The notes: generated by a model not told the origin, from the letters alone. A stretch of 62,947 nt of DNA, filler included, from Guillardia theta CCMP2712 (GCF_000315625.1; 6 parts of 6 records of this genome joined end to end with filler, not necessarily neighbours in it), one strand, 5' to 3'; positions 1 through 13,338 are shown, counted from the first letter of the whole stretch. Program-made: numbers and translations.

Positions 1-90
1 TCTCCTCCTGCTCCTGATCCCCCTCCCCTTCCTTCTGCTCCTCCGCCCCCCCCTCGTCTCTCCCTCCTTCTCTCTCATTTGCCTTCCCAC

Positions 91-1627
91 CTGTCGTGAG
101 CCCGATGGCGTGTACGGTATCAGTCGCGAGCTTGAGGAGCCTCCCCCTCGCTGCCTCGTCCAGCGTGACGGGAAAGGAGAGACGATCTCGCGACTTGGAG
201 TACTCCGAGCTGAGAGAGGCCAGAGGACGCAGTAGAGAGAGAGAAGAGGACGGGGAGCGGAGGGAGGGAAGAGAGAGGAGGAGAGCAGGGGAGGAGAGAG
301 GAGAAGCATTCGTCAGTCGTCGGCAGAAAGAGGAGGAGATGAAAGAGGAGAGTGTGGAAGAGTGAGTGAGTGAGGGAGTGAGCGAGGGAGGGAGACCTGA
401 AGCTGTGAAAGATCACTTTTCCATTATGGATCATCAGCTCTAGCTGCACTTCGTTCCCCCCAAGAAGAGACTCCAAGATCATCTGCTGCTCGTCAGCCCA
501 AACGCGAGAGAAAGTGGGAAGGTGGAGAGAGGAAGAGGAAGAGGAAGAGGAGGAGGAGGAGGTGGTGGAGGAAGTGGAGAAGAAGGCGGTGGAAGGGGGA
601 GTACGGGGAGGAGGAGAAGGGGAAGGGGAGTTTCTGTCTTCGCTACCTGCACGCCGTAGACTGGCTTGAGGAAGGCAGGGAAACCGACGTGAGCAGCAGC
701 TTGTGTTGCATCATTCTCAGACTCTATGAGCCAGAAGCGAGGAACTGGAAGCGACTTGCTCTCCATGGCCTTGCGCACCAGGTACTTGTTGCGAGCAGTC
801 TGTGCTGAGTGAGATCAAGAGGTGGTGGTGGAAGACAAGAAGGAGGAGGAGGAGGAGGAGGAGGAGGAGGAGGAGGAGGAGGAGGAGGTCAACGAGTGGA
901 GGGTCATAGACGAGGACAGAAATGAGGAGCAGGAAGAGATCCAACGAGACGAGCAGAGGAAGAGGAGGGCAGGAAGGAGGAGGAGGAAGGGGGCGAGGAG
1001 GAGAACCTGAGCTGCCTTCAGCGGGCTGCAAGGAAGCGAGAGGGCTTCGCCAATGAGGGAGACGAGGGGTCCGTGGTCCTCCACTAACGTGAAGACTCCA
1101 TCCAGCTTCTCCCCCGACGCCTCCAGGTGCCTCCTGACCGCCTGCAGCACAACCTGCGGCTCGCTCACGCTTACTCGCCCGAAGTCCGCGATCCCTATGA
1201 ACGATCCGACTGCTTGCTCCGACCAGCTTCGCATGCTCTCGTCGTCCACGAGGGTCATGCGCACGTTGAGCTGCCTCGCCCGCCGCAGCGCCGTCGGGGT
1301 CCTAGCCCCCCCCACCATGAGGAGGTGACTGCCAGCTACCAGCTCCTTCATCTCCGGGACAGGAGGAGAGTCGAAGAGGTTAGAGGTGAGGATGGAGGCA
1401 AGCTCTTGTAGGAGGACGACAAACCCCTCCCTCTGTGCGTAGGAGGCGACGGAGTCGATGGCGATCATTCCGCTCGCCGTCTTGCGCGGCACATACATCT
1501 GACAGCTGTGAATGCTCGGCTGGACGAACATGGCGACGACGATGGCAGCGGTCAAAGTCAGGAGGAGGAGGATGCCGAAGAGGGACACGAGCTTCAGGAA
1601 ACCGAACCTGACGCCGAAGATTTTCAT
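91..1627 (-). CDS. ATP-grasp ligase, carnosine-synthase/L-amino-acid-ligase-like, with N-terminal signal anchor; 3' end runs off the window
   Basis: Exons 1627-1007, 799-647, 482-397 and 209-91 join at GT-AG sites. They read ...LDGVFTLVED...|TARNKYLVRKAM...VPRF...VGFPAFLKPVYGVQ|MILESLLGGNEVQLELMIHNGKVIFHSF|SSEY...LSFPVTL...ATDTVHAIGLTTG, matching the ATP-grasp motifs (R-N/D-K-x2-R, GFPxxxKP, E-x-L-x-G-x-E). Residues ~8-35 are hydrophobic. Confidence 0.8.
840..888. repeat. (GGA)n microsatellite in ATP-grasp intron 1
   Basis: Direct reading. Confidence 0.9.
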
Positions 1628-2134
1628 CCTTCTCTACTGATCTTTTCCTGTTATGCTTCCATGAAGAGAAACTCAAATGGCCTGCCCTTGTTCGTTAGTT
1701 CAGTACTTGACGAGAAAGAACATCATCGCAATCAGATCATGCCGTCGCATGTCAGACATTGAAAACAACTTCTCTCCCCTCCTTCTCTTCCTCCTCCCTC
1801 CTCCCCGACGTCTCCACTTCTCTTCTCGTCTGATTTTCTGTCATTGCTCTCAATTTCCTTGCGACTTGCTGTTCACGCCATGGCACACCTCCGGATTCAC
1901 CTGTATTGCTTTGTCTCCCTCCTCTTCCGTTTCGTGATTCTACTCCACCATCTCGTTCATCTCATCCTCATCCTTTGTCATCCTCATCTCCATCATCTAC
2001 TGCCTCCTCCTCGTCCTCCTCACTCTCTTCCTCGTCCTCCTCCCTCTCCCCCTCGTCCTCGTCCCCCTCCCCCTCCTCCATCGCCTCTGCCGTCTGCCAA
2101 CGTATCTGCATGCCTGAGCGACGGGATCCTTTGA

Positions 2135-2525
2135 AGTACCCCTACCCCCAAATTATAAGTCTGTTACACCCCTTCATGTGCTGTCCCATTCCCCTTATGG
2201 GGGCATCAACAAGAATTAGGGACAGAAATAGAAAATATTTAGGGCAGCAGAAGCATGGGTCCCGCGCGAGGGAGTGGGGTAGGGGGTAGAGGTATCAGGT
2301 AGTACGACACGGGGTGGGGTATATTGAGTGGTGTGGGGTGGGTTTCACTCCTATGATTGGTATGTATAAAATAGAGGCCTTGAGGGGAATTGCGTTGTGG
2401 GTAGTCAGTTGGAAATTCGGGGTAGGGTCCACAAGAAAGTCAAAAATTGCCCTGGGTGGGTAGTTGAAGGTGGGTGGTGGGTGGGTGGTCGTACAACAAG
2501 ATCCGACAGAGGGTAGGGTAGGGTG
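2135..2525. promoter_or_regulatory. GGGGTA/TACCCC-rich intergenic tract between divergent ATP-grasp and kinesin genes (putative promoter, G4-prone)
   Basis: Dense G-runs (ggggtaggggg, ggggtggggtat, gggtagggtagggg); no ORF or microsatellite; lies between two gene 5' ends. Confidence 0.4.
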
Positions 2526-3013
2526 AGCGGAAGTTTGACATGTCCATCGGTGGACTCTCAGCAGAGGAAGGGAGAGGAGGAAGAGGACGAGGACGAGGAG
2601 GACGAGGAGGACGAGGAGGACGAGGAGGACGAGGAGGACGAGGAGGAAGAGGAGGAGAGGAGGAGGAGTAGCCTAGTTGGATACGGTACTACGTGAGAGA
2701 GCTCGAGGAAGCGAGATTGCCTTTCTTGAACGAGCCAAAGGAAAAGGCAAGAACGAAGTAGTTACAAAACGTGTGCAATTTTCCTTCGGCTCTTTGCTAC
2801 CGTGCTCTGCTATCTTGTCTTGTTCTGTTGACCATTCTCAACAGGTCCTTGGGCTGGGTCTTGACTGATGAGCCACTATCAAGGTCGAGCGCATGTTGTA
2901 GACAAGTTGGTCTTGAGGTTCGGTCCGATCCAATCCCCAGGGAAGCAGCAGCTTCTGATAGCGCTTTAAACCCGCCTGCTCGACGTCCCTGCTGCCCCCG
3001 GTCGTGCTGAAAG

Positions 3014-6000
3014 ATGCAGAAGTTGAACATTCCTCGGAGGTTGAATGCAGCATCACCCACGGCGATGGTCGGGGCAAGAAATCGACCGAAGCAGGTGTTA
3101 ATGCGCAATGACATCTTGAAGGGCATGCTGACGAGTTGCTTCTTTCCTTGCCAGCGCGAAGAGCCAGAGTTGGAGGAGGGTACAAACCAGGTGAGACGTT
3201 GAAGGCATAGAGAGACGAGAAAGAGCATGAGCAGAAACATGAGCAGAAAGACGCACAAGACCTCTGCGAGAGACGAAACAGGGAGAGAAATCGTCAAGTG
3301 TAGGGATAGTCTAGGGTCAAAGCAGTCTCTCCCTCCTGTACTCATACCTGCAATGCAGGTTGAGGTTGCGGGGCAGGAGCCTCCTCAGTCGCCCGTTCCT
3401 CGTCCGTCTAGAAACCTTAGCGAAGATTTCGTGGACGAGCTGGGAATCCACTCGGAGAACATCACGGTCGGTAGCTGGCTGGCTGTCGGGCTGGGGATGA
3501 CATGGAGAATTTAAGGTGATGGTGAGAACGAGGCCGCTGAACGAGCTGGAGCGAACTCGGTGAGTTATCAGTGACTGGAGGAGATGATGGTGATGGTGGA
3601 GGGGGGAAGAGGAGGGGCTGGAGGGAGAAGGGGCGGGCGGGGAGGAGAGAGACAGAGACACAGAGAGAGAGGAGGAAGAGGAGGAGGTGAGGGTGGAGAG
3701 GGAGGAGAGGAGGAGGTGAAGGTGGAGAAGGAGGAGAGGAGGAGGAAAAGGATGTGAAGGAGTGTCAGCTACGGCTCTGAAGAGTGCATGGAACTTGATG
3801 AGAAGGGAGCGAGTGTCAAGGTAATCTCATTGCTGTCTGATATGTTTGATCTTCATCGCATGTTATGGTCGTGAAACGGATTTTGCTGTCTTTGTTGAAT
3901 GTCTCCTGTGACTCGGAGCTCTAGCTGAAACCAAGCACGTCGAGCCTGACCACTCGCATCGGTGGGATAGAGCGCGGGGTAAGTTGGTTTCTAACCAGTT
4001 TACCATCAGCTACCACGACTGGGCCGTACTTCTTCAAGTATGACCACGTGCTGAAAGGAGATTGTTCTCAAGTAAGGCAGACTCGCGTTGTTCATATTCC
4101 CGTCTGCTTTCTTTCCGTTCTCTTCTTCCATTTCTGTCTGCTTCCTCCCTGGCTCTTCTTCGCAACTCTCATAAGACCTTAGTCGCGCGTCTTTGACATC
4201 GTCGGCAAGAGCGGATGTGAACACTTCCTTGAAGGTGATGGAGAGGGAGCAAGGGAGGTTCTGATGACGATTGTTCAGGCTACAACGTTGCTGTCTTTGC
4301 CTACGGCCAGACAGGAGCTGGGAAGACTTACACCATGTACGGAGATGTCACAGAGGTTTGATCGACTTTGACTGGCCGGCGAGCTTGACAAGGTTGCAGA
4401 TTGTGAGCGAGAGTAACAAGATCCAAGTGAGAGAAGTACCCGCCCAGCTGGACTTGAGCTGACGACACAGTCTCGCAGGTTCCTGAGGAGAGCGGGCTGG
4501 TCCCTCGATGCCTCTGCCACATCTTTGAAAGGGTGCGAACAACTTCCTGGCGTGACAAGAGGTCATATTGACGTCAAACTTTTATTGCCTTCCCCCACAG
4601 GTGGAGGCGATGAAAGCGAGAGGATGTAGCGTTGAAATCACAGTCTCTTTCATCGGTGATCCTCTCCTGCTTTCCCGTTGCCGGTGACTCTCCCTCCTCC
4701 TAGAAATCTACAATGAAGCCGTCATCGACCTCCTCTCTACCGAAGCTAGGCTCCTCACAGTGGTATCCTCCTGTTCCTCTTCTCCCTTTCTCGCCTTTCA
4801 CTTTGCCCTGACCATCATGCCATGACCTTACCCTCGTGTGATCGTTCTCCTCTTCTTCCCTCTCCTGCTTCTCCTTCCATCGCTACCTGCTTTTCTCTCG
4901 CTCTTTCACTCAACTCACTCGAACTCTCAGCGGGAGGATGCCATTCGTGACAGGACGTACGTGGAGGGAGCAGTGGTTGCAGCTGTTTCCAACGTCCAGC
5001 AGTGCATGGTGAGACAGGAGGAGACCCATTACAATCCTCCCTTGATTGTTCTCGTTTCTTCCCTCCCTTTGTTTCTCATTGGCATCCATGGATGTTTCTA
5101 CATGCTGTTCTCCTTCACTTCTTCATGCTCCCTCTCTATCCTTCCTTCTCTCCCTCCCTCCCTCCCTCCCTCCCTCCCTCTTACCTCATTCCTTTCCCTT
5201 CTCTCACCTCGCACTCTCCTCTCTCTCTTCTGCTCGTCTCAGCTTGTGACCTTGTCAGAACCTTCTCCTCCGAGGGGCTCAAAATCGCACAGTCGGCGCA
5301 ACTGCCATGAACACAGAAAGCAGCAGGTGAAGATACCGTGATAGAGGAATGAGGAAAGGCAGAAGACGGAGCAGCAGAAGGAGATGGAGCAGGATGAGAT
5401 GGAGCAGGAAGCAGCAGCAGCAGCAGCAGGAGGACACTTAGCGATGGCTTCTCATTGGAGTACGTTGAAATTCTTCTTGTTCAGGTCTCACAGCGTCTTC
5501 ACCATCTCGCTAGAAGCAGAAGAGAAAGATGCGGTAAGTACTGTTGGGAGACGTCAAGATGTAAGAAATTGAGAGACGATGACGTCACGAAAGCGGAGAA
5601 GCGAGAGAGGAGGGGAAATGGGGAAGAGGAACAGAGCAAGGGAGGAGATGATGTTCAAATCATAATTTCCTTTTGCAAGAATGATCGCAGACTTGTTCGA
5701 CAATCAAAGTTTGAGCTCGTAGACCTCGGTTAGACTCTCCTTTCCCTCCTTCCTATCCCTCCATGTCTTCACACTGTTGACCTCCTGTTGTCCCTTTCTC
5801 CTCTCCTCTTGTTCCCTCACTCCTCTCCCCCTCCTTCCCCTTTCTTCCCCTCTCTTCCCCTCTCTTCTCCCTCTTCCTCTCTGTTCGCACTTGAACTCAC
5901 TAGTCTGCAGCTGGATCGGAGCGACAGAAGTACAGCAGAGCAGAAGGAAGGTGAGGAAGAAACGAGCAAGTGAAGAGAAGGGGAGGGGAGGGAGGGAGGG

Positions 6001-9000
6001 AGGGAGGCAGGGAGGCAGGGGGGGGGAGGGACGCGAAGGAGGGGGGATGTGACGTTGATGGCCATAGACATCTTCGAGAAGCAAGCAACATCAACAGATC
6101 TCTTACTGTCTTGGGAAAGGTCAGCCAAATCCTTCCCATCACCTCTTCTTAGCTTCCTCTCTTTCTCCTTCTGCTCCTCCCAATTCTTCAGCTCTATTCA
6201 CTTAAACCCTTCAATTCTGTATCCTCCTCCATCTCTTCCTCCCTCGTCTTCATCTCCTACTGTCCCCTCCTCTTTCAACTGTCATTGTCCCCTTTGCGTC
6301 TCTCTTGCTCTGTTTCTCACTGCCAGCAGGTCATCATGGCACTCGCTGCAGGAAGCAAACATGTTCCTTATCGTGACTCCAAGGTTTGACACCCTGGTTG
6401 ACAAGCGACTATGACAACCTGGACAGTTGACGTTCCTGCTGAAAAACTCCATCGGGGGAAACTCAAAGGCAAGACATTGACTGCTGCTTCTGCTGGTGCT
6501 GCTGCTGCTGCTGCATCGTCTCAACTTGTACTTCAGACGTTCCTTATCGCAAACATCGGGCTTTCGCCAAGATGTCAAGACGAGAGGTCATCTCCGTTGA
6601 CCCGCTTGTCAAACGAGTCACCCTGACTGATTGACAATCAGCCTGTCAACCCTCAAGTTCGCGTCGTTTGCCAAGAAGCCTCTCATGAACGTGAGCAAGA
6701 ACGTGACCAACAGAGACGCGACAGTCGGTGAGTCAAGAGAGTCAACGGCCGTCCGCTCATTGTCAACTGAACCTCATTCAGAGGATCTCCGCATGGAAAT
6801 CTTCCGGCTACGACAGCAGGTGGAAATTTCCCAGCTCGCTCCCACCTCCTCTCACCTGCTCTGCCTAGCTGGCCCGGGGGAGGATGCAGAGCGACGGGCT
6901 GCTGGCCGACAGCTTCACTCCCAACTTGTCATCGGGGGTCGAGAGGCTCCTCGGGGAGTCAAAGATGGGAGGTGAAAGTCCTACGTTCCCCCAACCCTCC
7001 ACCCCAGACGTGTCAAACTCCGGCTGTCAAACCCGCTGACCGTTGAGACCCAGGGAGTGACAACCCGTTTGACATCGAGTATACCAAGAAGCTGGAGCTC
7101 CTGCTCCGACAGGTCGCTGGGTGGCAGCTGGAGGTCAGCTGACTAGGAAGGGGCAGGCGCTGGAGCGAGAGAACGACCTGAGGATGAAGCTGAACAGAGA
7201 GAAGCAGCAGTTCCGCATCAAAGTCACAAGCTAACAGTCTGCGGCGAGCGAACTGACTGGATGGCAGCTGGACGAGTACGAGAGACTCTGCAAGTCGTTG
7301 GAGCAGGTGGAGGAGGAACGAGTAGAGGGCTTGTTGGAGGCGAGAGAGTTGAGGGCGATGGAGGGATGCAGATATAGATGGGTTGCATGTGAACTAGATG
7401 ATGCTGGACGTTGAGACGTTCTGCTCGTGTATGTTTGCCCTTATGTTTCTCCTCCAGTGTCTTCAAAGTTCGAAGATGATCATCAGGTTCAAAGACCTCA
7501 AGCTGCGCGACGCCAGCACAAATGCATCTCAGGTGAGATAGGAGGAGGAGGAGGAGGAGGAGGAGGAGGAGGGGAAGCGGGATTAGCAGTAGCATCTGGA
7601 ATAACTACCAGAAAATGAACGAGGGGAAAGGAGGAGAGGATGAAGAATTGGGTCTGAAATTTGCTCGCAGGATCTTTCGGTGGATGCAAATCAAGTGAGA
7701 AGATAGAAATATCAATGACATGCTACTGACTCAAACCTTGTTCTCCTCGTCCTCATCCACCCCATCCACCTCTCCCTCTCTTCCTCTTCTTTCCCCGCCC
7801 TCCTTCTCCTCCTTCTCCTCCTTCTCCTCCTTATTCCTTCTTTTCTTGCCATCGTTTCTCCACAACGATGATTGCTGTTCTGGCTCTGCTTTCCTCCCCC
7901 TCCTCCCTCCTTCCACAGGCTGCGTCACAGGTCAACCCACAGATGGTCCGAGCCAAGATCACCATCCGCTCCCTCCAGGCAAGACGACAAGAGGAGAGGA
8001 CAGCAGAGCACAGCAGAGCAGAGCAGAGCAGAGCAGAGCAGAGCACGAGTGGGGAGTGGTGGGGAGATCGGTCTGAGGACAAACAAGAGAGGACAGGACA
8101 GCAGAGGACAGCAAGACATGGTAGAGCACAGGAGGCCATAGAGGAGGAGACTATAAGAACGATAGTGAAGAGTTTGCGGATGGTGAAGGGAGGGAGTTGG
8201 ATGCGAGGATATGAAGGTGGAGCTGATTGAAGAGCAGGAGGAACTGAACGCTCTGCGAGGAAGCGACGCGCAAGAGAGGTAAACATGACGTTCTGCTGGC
8301 TGGAAGCTGAACGAACTGCAGAGCTGCTGAGCGAATGGCGTTGGACATGCACGTCGCAGGTTGGGGAGGAGGAGGAGAACAGGAGGGAGGAAGGGGAGCT
8401 GACTGGAGAGGACAGAGCTGAGCGACGAGGTCAAGATTCTGCTGGACAAGGTGAAGGAGGAGGACAACAAGAGGCAAGCGAGAATGACGATGAGCAGGTC
8501 CATGAGCTGGAGAGCACGCGGTCGGTTGTCAACACCACAGATCGGGTGAGTCGATGCGAGGAGAAGGAGAAGGAGAAGGGGGGCGGGGAGGGGAGCAGAA
8601 GAAGAGGAAGGAGGAAGGAGATGAGAAGAGGAGGGAAAGGTGGGAGATTCGGGGAGCATAGAACGGAGGAAGGCCGACGCTGGTCAAAAAAGAAGCTCAT
8701 TGATTTACAGGATGCTGTCGCTATAAGAAATGCCTTGCTAGAAAAGGTGCTCCTGTTCTTGATCCCTCTCCCTCCCTCCTCTCCCTCCCTCCTCTCCCTC
8801 CCTCTTCTTTTCCTCCTCTCCTTCCCTCCTCTCCCTCCCTCCCTCCTTCTCCCATTCCCCCATTCCTACAACTGATTCTCGGTTCTCAATTTTTGTGTAC
8901 AGGAGGATCATATACTGCAGCTTGAATCTCAGCTGCAAGTAAATATGCTCCAAAACCAAATCATCATCACTACCATCACCATCATCATAAACTACTTCTT

Positions 9001-9068
9001 CTCCATCATCATCTTCTCCATCATCTCCTCCATCATCATCGTCATTATCTCCATCATCATCGTTGTCG

Positions 9069-9109
<41 letters not shown>

Positions 9110-9175
9110 TACTTCTCTCCATCATCATCTCCTCCATCATCATCGTCATTATCTCCATCATCATCGTTGTCGTCG

Positions 9176-9213
<38 letters not shown>

Positions 9214-11974
9214 TACTTCTTCTCCATCATCTTCTCCATCATCATCGTCATTATCTCCATCATCATCGTTGTCGTCGTCATCATCATTATCATCATCTTT
9301 ATGGTTTCTTATCTTCTGGTGCAGACTGTGTCCATTTCTCTCGAGGAGGAACGAAGAGCACACATCTCAGCGCTTGAGCTCGTGCAGGTGCCAGATGCCT
9401 CCTCCTCTCCTCCTCTCCTCCTCCTCCTCCTCCTCCTCCTCCTCCTCCTCCTCTCCTCCTCCTCCTCCTCCTCCTCCTCTGTAACTATGCTTGTCGATTT
9501 AGTTNNNNNNNNNNNNNNNNNNNNNNNNNNNNNNNNNNNNNNNNNNNNNNNNNNNNNNNNNNNNNNNNNNNNNNNNNNNNNNNNNNNNNNNNNNNNNNNN
9601 NNNNNNNNNNNNNNNNNNNNNNNNNNNNNNNNNNNNNNNNNNNNNNNNNNNNNNNNNNNNNNNNNNNNNNNNNNNNNNNNNNNNNNNNNNNNNNNNNNNN
9701 NNNNNNNNNNNNNNNNNNNNNNNNNNNNNNNNNNNNNNNNNNNNNNNNNNNNNNNNNNNNNNNNNNNNNNNNNNNNNNNNNNNNNNNNNNNNNNNNNNNN
9801 NNNNNNNNNNNNNNNNNNNNNNNNNNNNNNNNNNNNNNNNNNNNNNNNNNNNNNNNNNNNNNNNNNNNNNNNNNNNNNNNNNNNNNNNNNNNNNNNNNNN
9901 NNNNNNNNNNNNNNNNNNNNNNNNNNNNNNNNNNNNNNNNNNNNNNNNNNNNNNNNNNNNNNNNNNNNNNNNNNNNNNNNNNNNNNNNNNNNNNNNNNNN
10001 NNNNNNNNNNNNNNNNNNATTTCAACGGCAGGAGCTGCGAGAAGCCGAGGAAGGATGGATTCGAACAGTCGAGGAGATGAAAAGGTAGAACACTCCTCCT
10101 CCTCTCAATCGTTACAATCACCATAGTCACCATCATTACCACCGCCATCATCATGATCATCATAGTCATCATCATTACCACCACCATCACAACAACAACA
10201 GTCGTCATGGTCATCATTAGCATTGTTAATTTCACCCACTTCTACTTCTACTTTTACTTCTACTTCTACTTCTACTTCTACTTTTACTTCTACTTCTACT
10301 TCTACTTCTACTTCTACTTCTACTTCTACTTCTACTTCTACTTCTACTTCTACTTCTACTTCTACTTCTACTTCTACTTCTACTGCTCTATCCCATCCTT
10401 CCACCCCTCACCTTTCTCCTCTGTTTTCTCCTTCGTCCGCGTCGTCAGATTATCCATCTCCATTCTCTTCTCCATTCTTCTTTCTTCTCTGTATTTTCCC
10501 ATCCTCAGATCTTTTTGTCTTGATGCATGCCCTTCTTATTCTTGCTTTCAGAGAGTGCAACTTGACTGTTGAACGACGCGAAAAAGAACATCTCGCTCGG
10601 GTGAGCTTCTTCTGCTCCCTCCCTCCCCTCACCCTCCTCCTCTCCCTTCTCTTCCTCCTCTCTTTACCTTCTCCTCATCTTTTCCTCCTCCTCCTACTCC
10701 TCCTGCTGTTTTATTGTTCTCATTTCTCTTTCGTCCTTCCCTCCCCTGCTCCCTCTTCGCTCTGTTGCTGTCTCCTCTCGCTTCCTTTTGCTCTCCTGCT
10801 AGCTCTTCCTCCACCCCTGCCGTTGGACTGCCTGACTGTCTCCACTTAGATCGACGAAATTCATCGATCAGTCGAGCGAAAGGTAGAAGGAGAGTAGAAA
10901 GTCAAGGAGAGAAGAGGGAAAGGGGCTAGAGCAGGACGGAAGGGGGGGGGGGGGAGCTGGAGGGAGGAGGACGAGGAGGACGAGGAAGTGATGCCGTTAC
11001 AGGAGGCCTTGATCAAAATGCTTCAGCAGAAAACCTCATCCTCCGAGCCTGACACGCCGACAGTGAGCTTCGTCCTCCTCCTCCTCCCCCTCCCCCTCCC
11101 CTTACCTCTTCTTCTCGCTTCCTCTTTTGTCTCCTTCTGTTCTTCTCTCCCTCATATCGCTGCAAAGGAGACCCTCGGCAACCAGCTCGGAAACGAGATG
11201 ATACGTATGGAGCGACAACATGAGGTGTGGGGGCGGAAGACGGGAGAAAGCAAGGGAGAGAGAAAGGAAGGAAGACAGGAAGGAAGGGAGAGAGGAAGGG
11301 AGAGAGGAAGGGAGAGAGGAAGGAAGGGAGAGAGGAAGGGAGAGAGGGAGGAAGGCAGACAGGGAGGAAGAGAGAGAAGCAGGAAGCAAGAGAGTGAAGG
11401 TGGGGGAGAGGGAGGAAGAGACAGAACAACGTGTTGGTGGGCAGGAGGAGAGGAGGAATGCGGAGGGTGTTGACGGATTTCAAGGAGGAGCTAGAAGCTT
11501 TGAGGAGGGAGCTGATCCTTGAGAAACAAGCGAAGGTGAGAATCCTGAGACCTCCTCCTCGTCTTTCATCTTCTCCTCCTCCCTCTCCTCCTCGTCCTTC
11601 ACCTTCTCCTCCTCCTCCCTGTCCTCTTCCTCCCTGTCCTCCTCCTCTCTGTCCTCCTCCTTCCTCTCCTCATCCTTCCTGTCCTCCCCCTCCTCGCTCT
11701 CCTCCCCCTCCTCCGTCTTCTCCTCCTCTTCAATCTCATTGCATTTCCCCTTATCTCCTTCATGTCCTCTCATCCTTGTGCTTGCCGTTCGGTTTCTCAT
11801 CTGCTCTCCTTCCACATTTTCGTGTTCTCCTTGTTGTCCTTCTGCTCATCGTTTGACTTGTGACTTCAGGAACGAGCGCAAGCTGAACAGCAGGAGCTAC
11901 TCCAAGTGAGGAATACTCTCCTCCTCCTGCTCCTTCTCCTTCTCCTTCTCCTGCTCCTTCTCCTCCTCCTCCTT

Positions 11975-12022
<48 letters not shown>

Positions 12023-12867
12023 TTCTTCCATCTCCTCCTCCTCATCTCCTCCTCCTCCTCCTCCTCTATCTCCTCCTCCTCCTCCTCCTCTATTTCCACC
12101 TCCTCCTGCTCCTCCTCTATCTCCACCTCCTCACTCGCTTTGACTCTGTCACGCTATCGAAAGGAAAAGGAGGAGTGGAGAAGTACATTACAGACGCTCG
12201 AAATGGCACTGGACGGATCACAGGTGCAGAACGAGGAGGCGATAGAGGGACGGGAGGAGAGAAAGGAGCAGGAGGGAGGAGGGAGAGGAGGAGGAGGAGG
12301 GAAATGGAGGAGGAAGAGTAGGAGGGAAATGGAGGAGGAAGAGTAGGAGGGAGATGGAGCAGGAGAAGTAGGAGGAAGATGGAGGAGGAGAATAAGTTTG
12401 AAACTGAAGCTCATGCAGCGAGGATATGACGAAATGCAGAGAAGGATGGAAGAATCGCTTGCTCTTGCTCAGGTAAAAGAGGAGGAAACGAAAGAGCAGA
12501 GGGGAGACTGGAGGACAAGGAAGAGGAGAAGAAGAATGATGAGCTGCAGGATCTTGAAAAGGCGCTTGTGGAGGAGCAAGCGAGTCATCAGCAGACCAAG
12601 GTAAGAGGGGGAGAGGAAAAGAGGAGGGAGAGGGGGAGGAGAATGACAGGAACTTCCAAGGCTTCACTGGAGCAGCAAGAGGGCGCTGCTTCAAGGGGTG
12701 CATCCAAGGTTGTAATGCTTCGCCCCATCCTTGTCATCCATCACCACCACACTAACACCACCACCTCATCGTTATCATCATCCTCCACAACCACCACCAC
12801 AACCACAACATCATCATCATCATCATCATCATCTTCTTCTTCTTCTTCTTCTTCTTCTTCTTCTTCT

Positions 12868-12922
<55 letters not shown>

Positions 12923-12995
12923 GCTGCTGCTGCTGCTTGCTGCTGCTGCTTGCTGCTGCTGCTGCTTCGACAGCCTCCTCTTCCTCAACTTCATC

Positions 12996-13037
<42 letters not shown>

Positions 13038-13338
13038 CCTCTCTGATGTGCCTGCAGGCGGAGGAGGAGCGAGACAAGCCCAGCATGGTTCCTGCTTCCT
13101 CTCCACCCCTGAGCTAACGCCCAGCAGGAGGCCGAGTGGATACGAAGGATCGGGTATCAGGATCGAGAGGTAGATGGCGAAAGCAGTGGAGGAAGAGGAG
13201 GAGGAGGAGGAGGAGGGAGAGGACGAGCAGCAGCAGCAGCAGCAGCAGCAACAGCACTTGCTTGGGTTGATTTGACCTGCAGCTTCGGGCGCTCAAGCAG
13301 GAGCTGCTGGAGACTCAGAGAATCGTTGAATCGCAAAG
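3014..13338 (+). CDS. Kinesin motor protein with long coiled-coil tail (Kinesin-12/KIF15-like), dozens of small exons; 3' end lost in gap 13442-13541
   Basis: Spliced motifs: ENIT|VMVRTRPLN, FKYDHV, P-loop GYNVAVFAYGQTGAGKTYTMYG (~4278-4345), GLVPR, EIYNE, switch I MNTESSR|SHSVF, switch II LVDLA|GSER, EASNINRSL, HVPYRDSK|LTFLLKNSIGGNSK|TFLIANI, LSTLKFA. E/K/Q-rich exons follow. The subfamily is an inference. Confidence 0.92.
8960..9300. repeat. Compound (CAT)n microsatellite with ~100-bp higher-order unit, three copies (kinesin intron)
   Basis: Unit tacttc..ctccatcatc..cgtcattatctccatcatcatcgttgtcgtc(atc)n recurs at ~8992, ~9109 and ~9213. Confidence 0.8.
9505..10018. other. Assembly gap (N-run); others at 13442-13541, 38830-38929, 48057-48156 and 55193-55604
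   Basis: Direct reading; the gaps mostly abut microsatellites. Confidence 0.99.
10237..10384. repeat. (TACTTC)n hexamer microsatellite
   Basis: Direct reading. Confidence 0.95.
12790..13035. repeat. Compound (CAT)(TCT)(GCT)(CTCGTC) microsatellite, intronic
   Basis: Direct reading. Confidence 0.9.
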
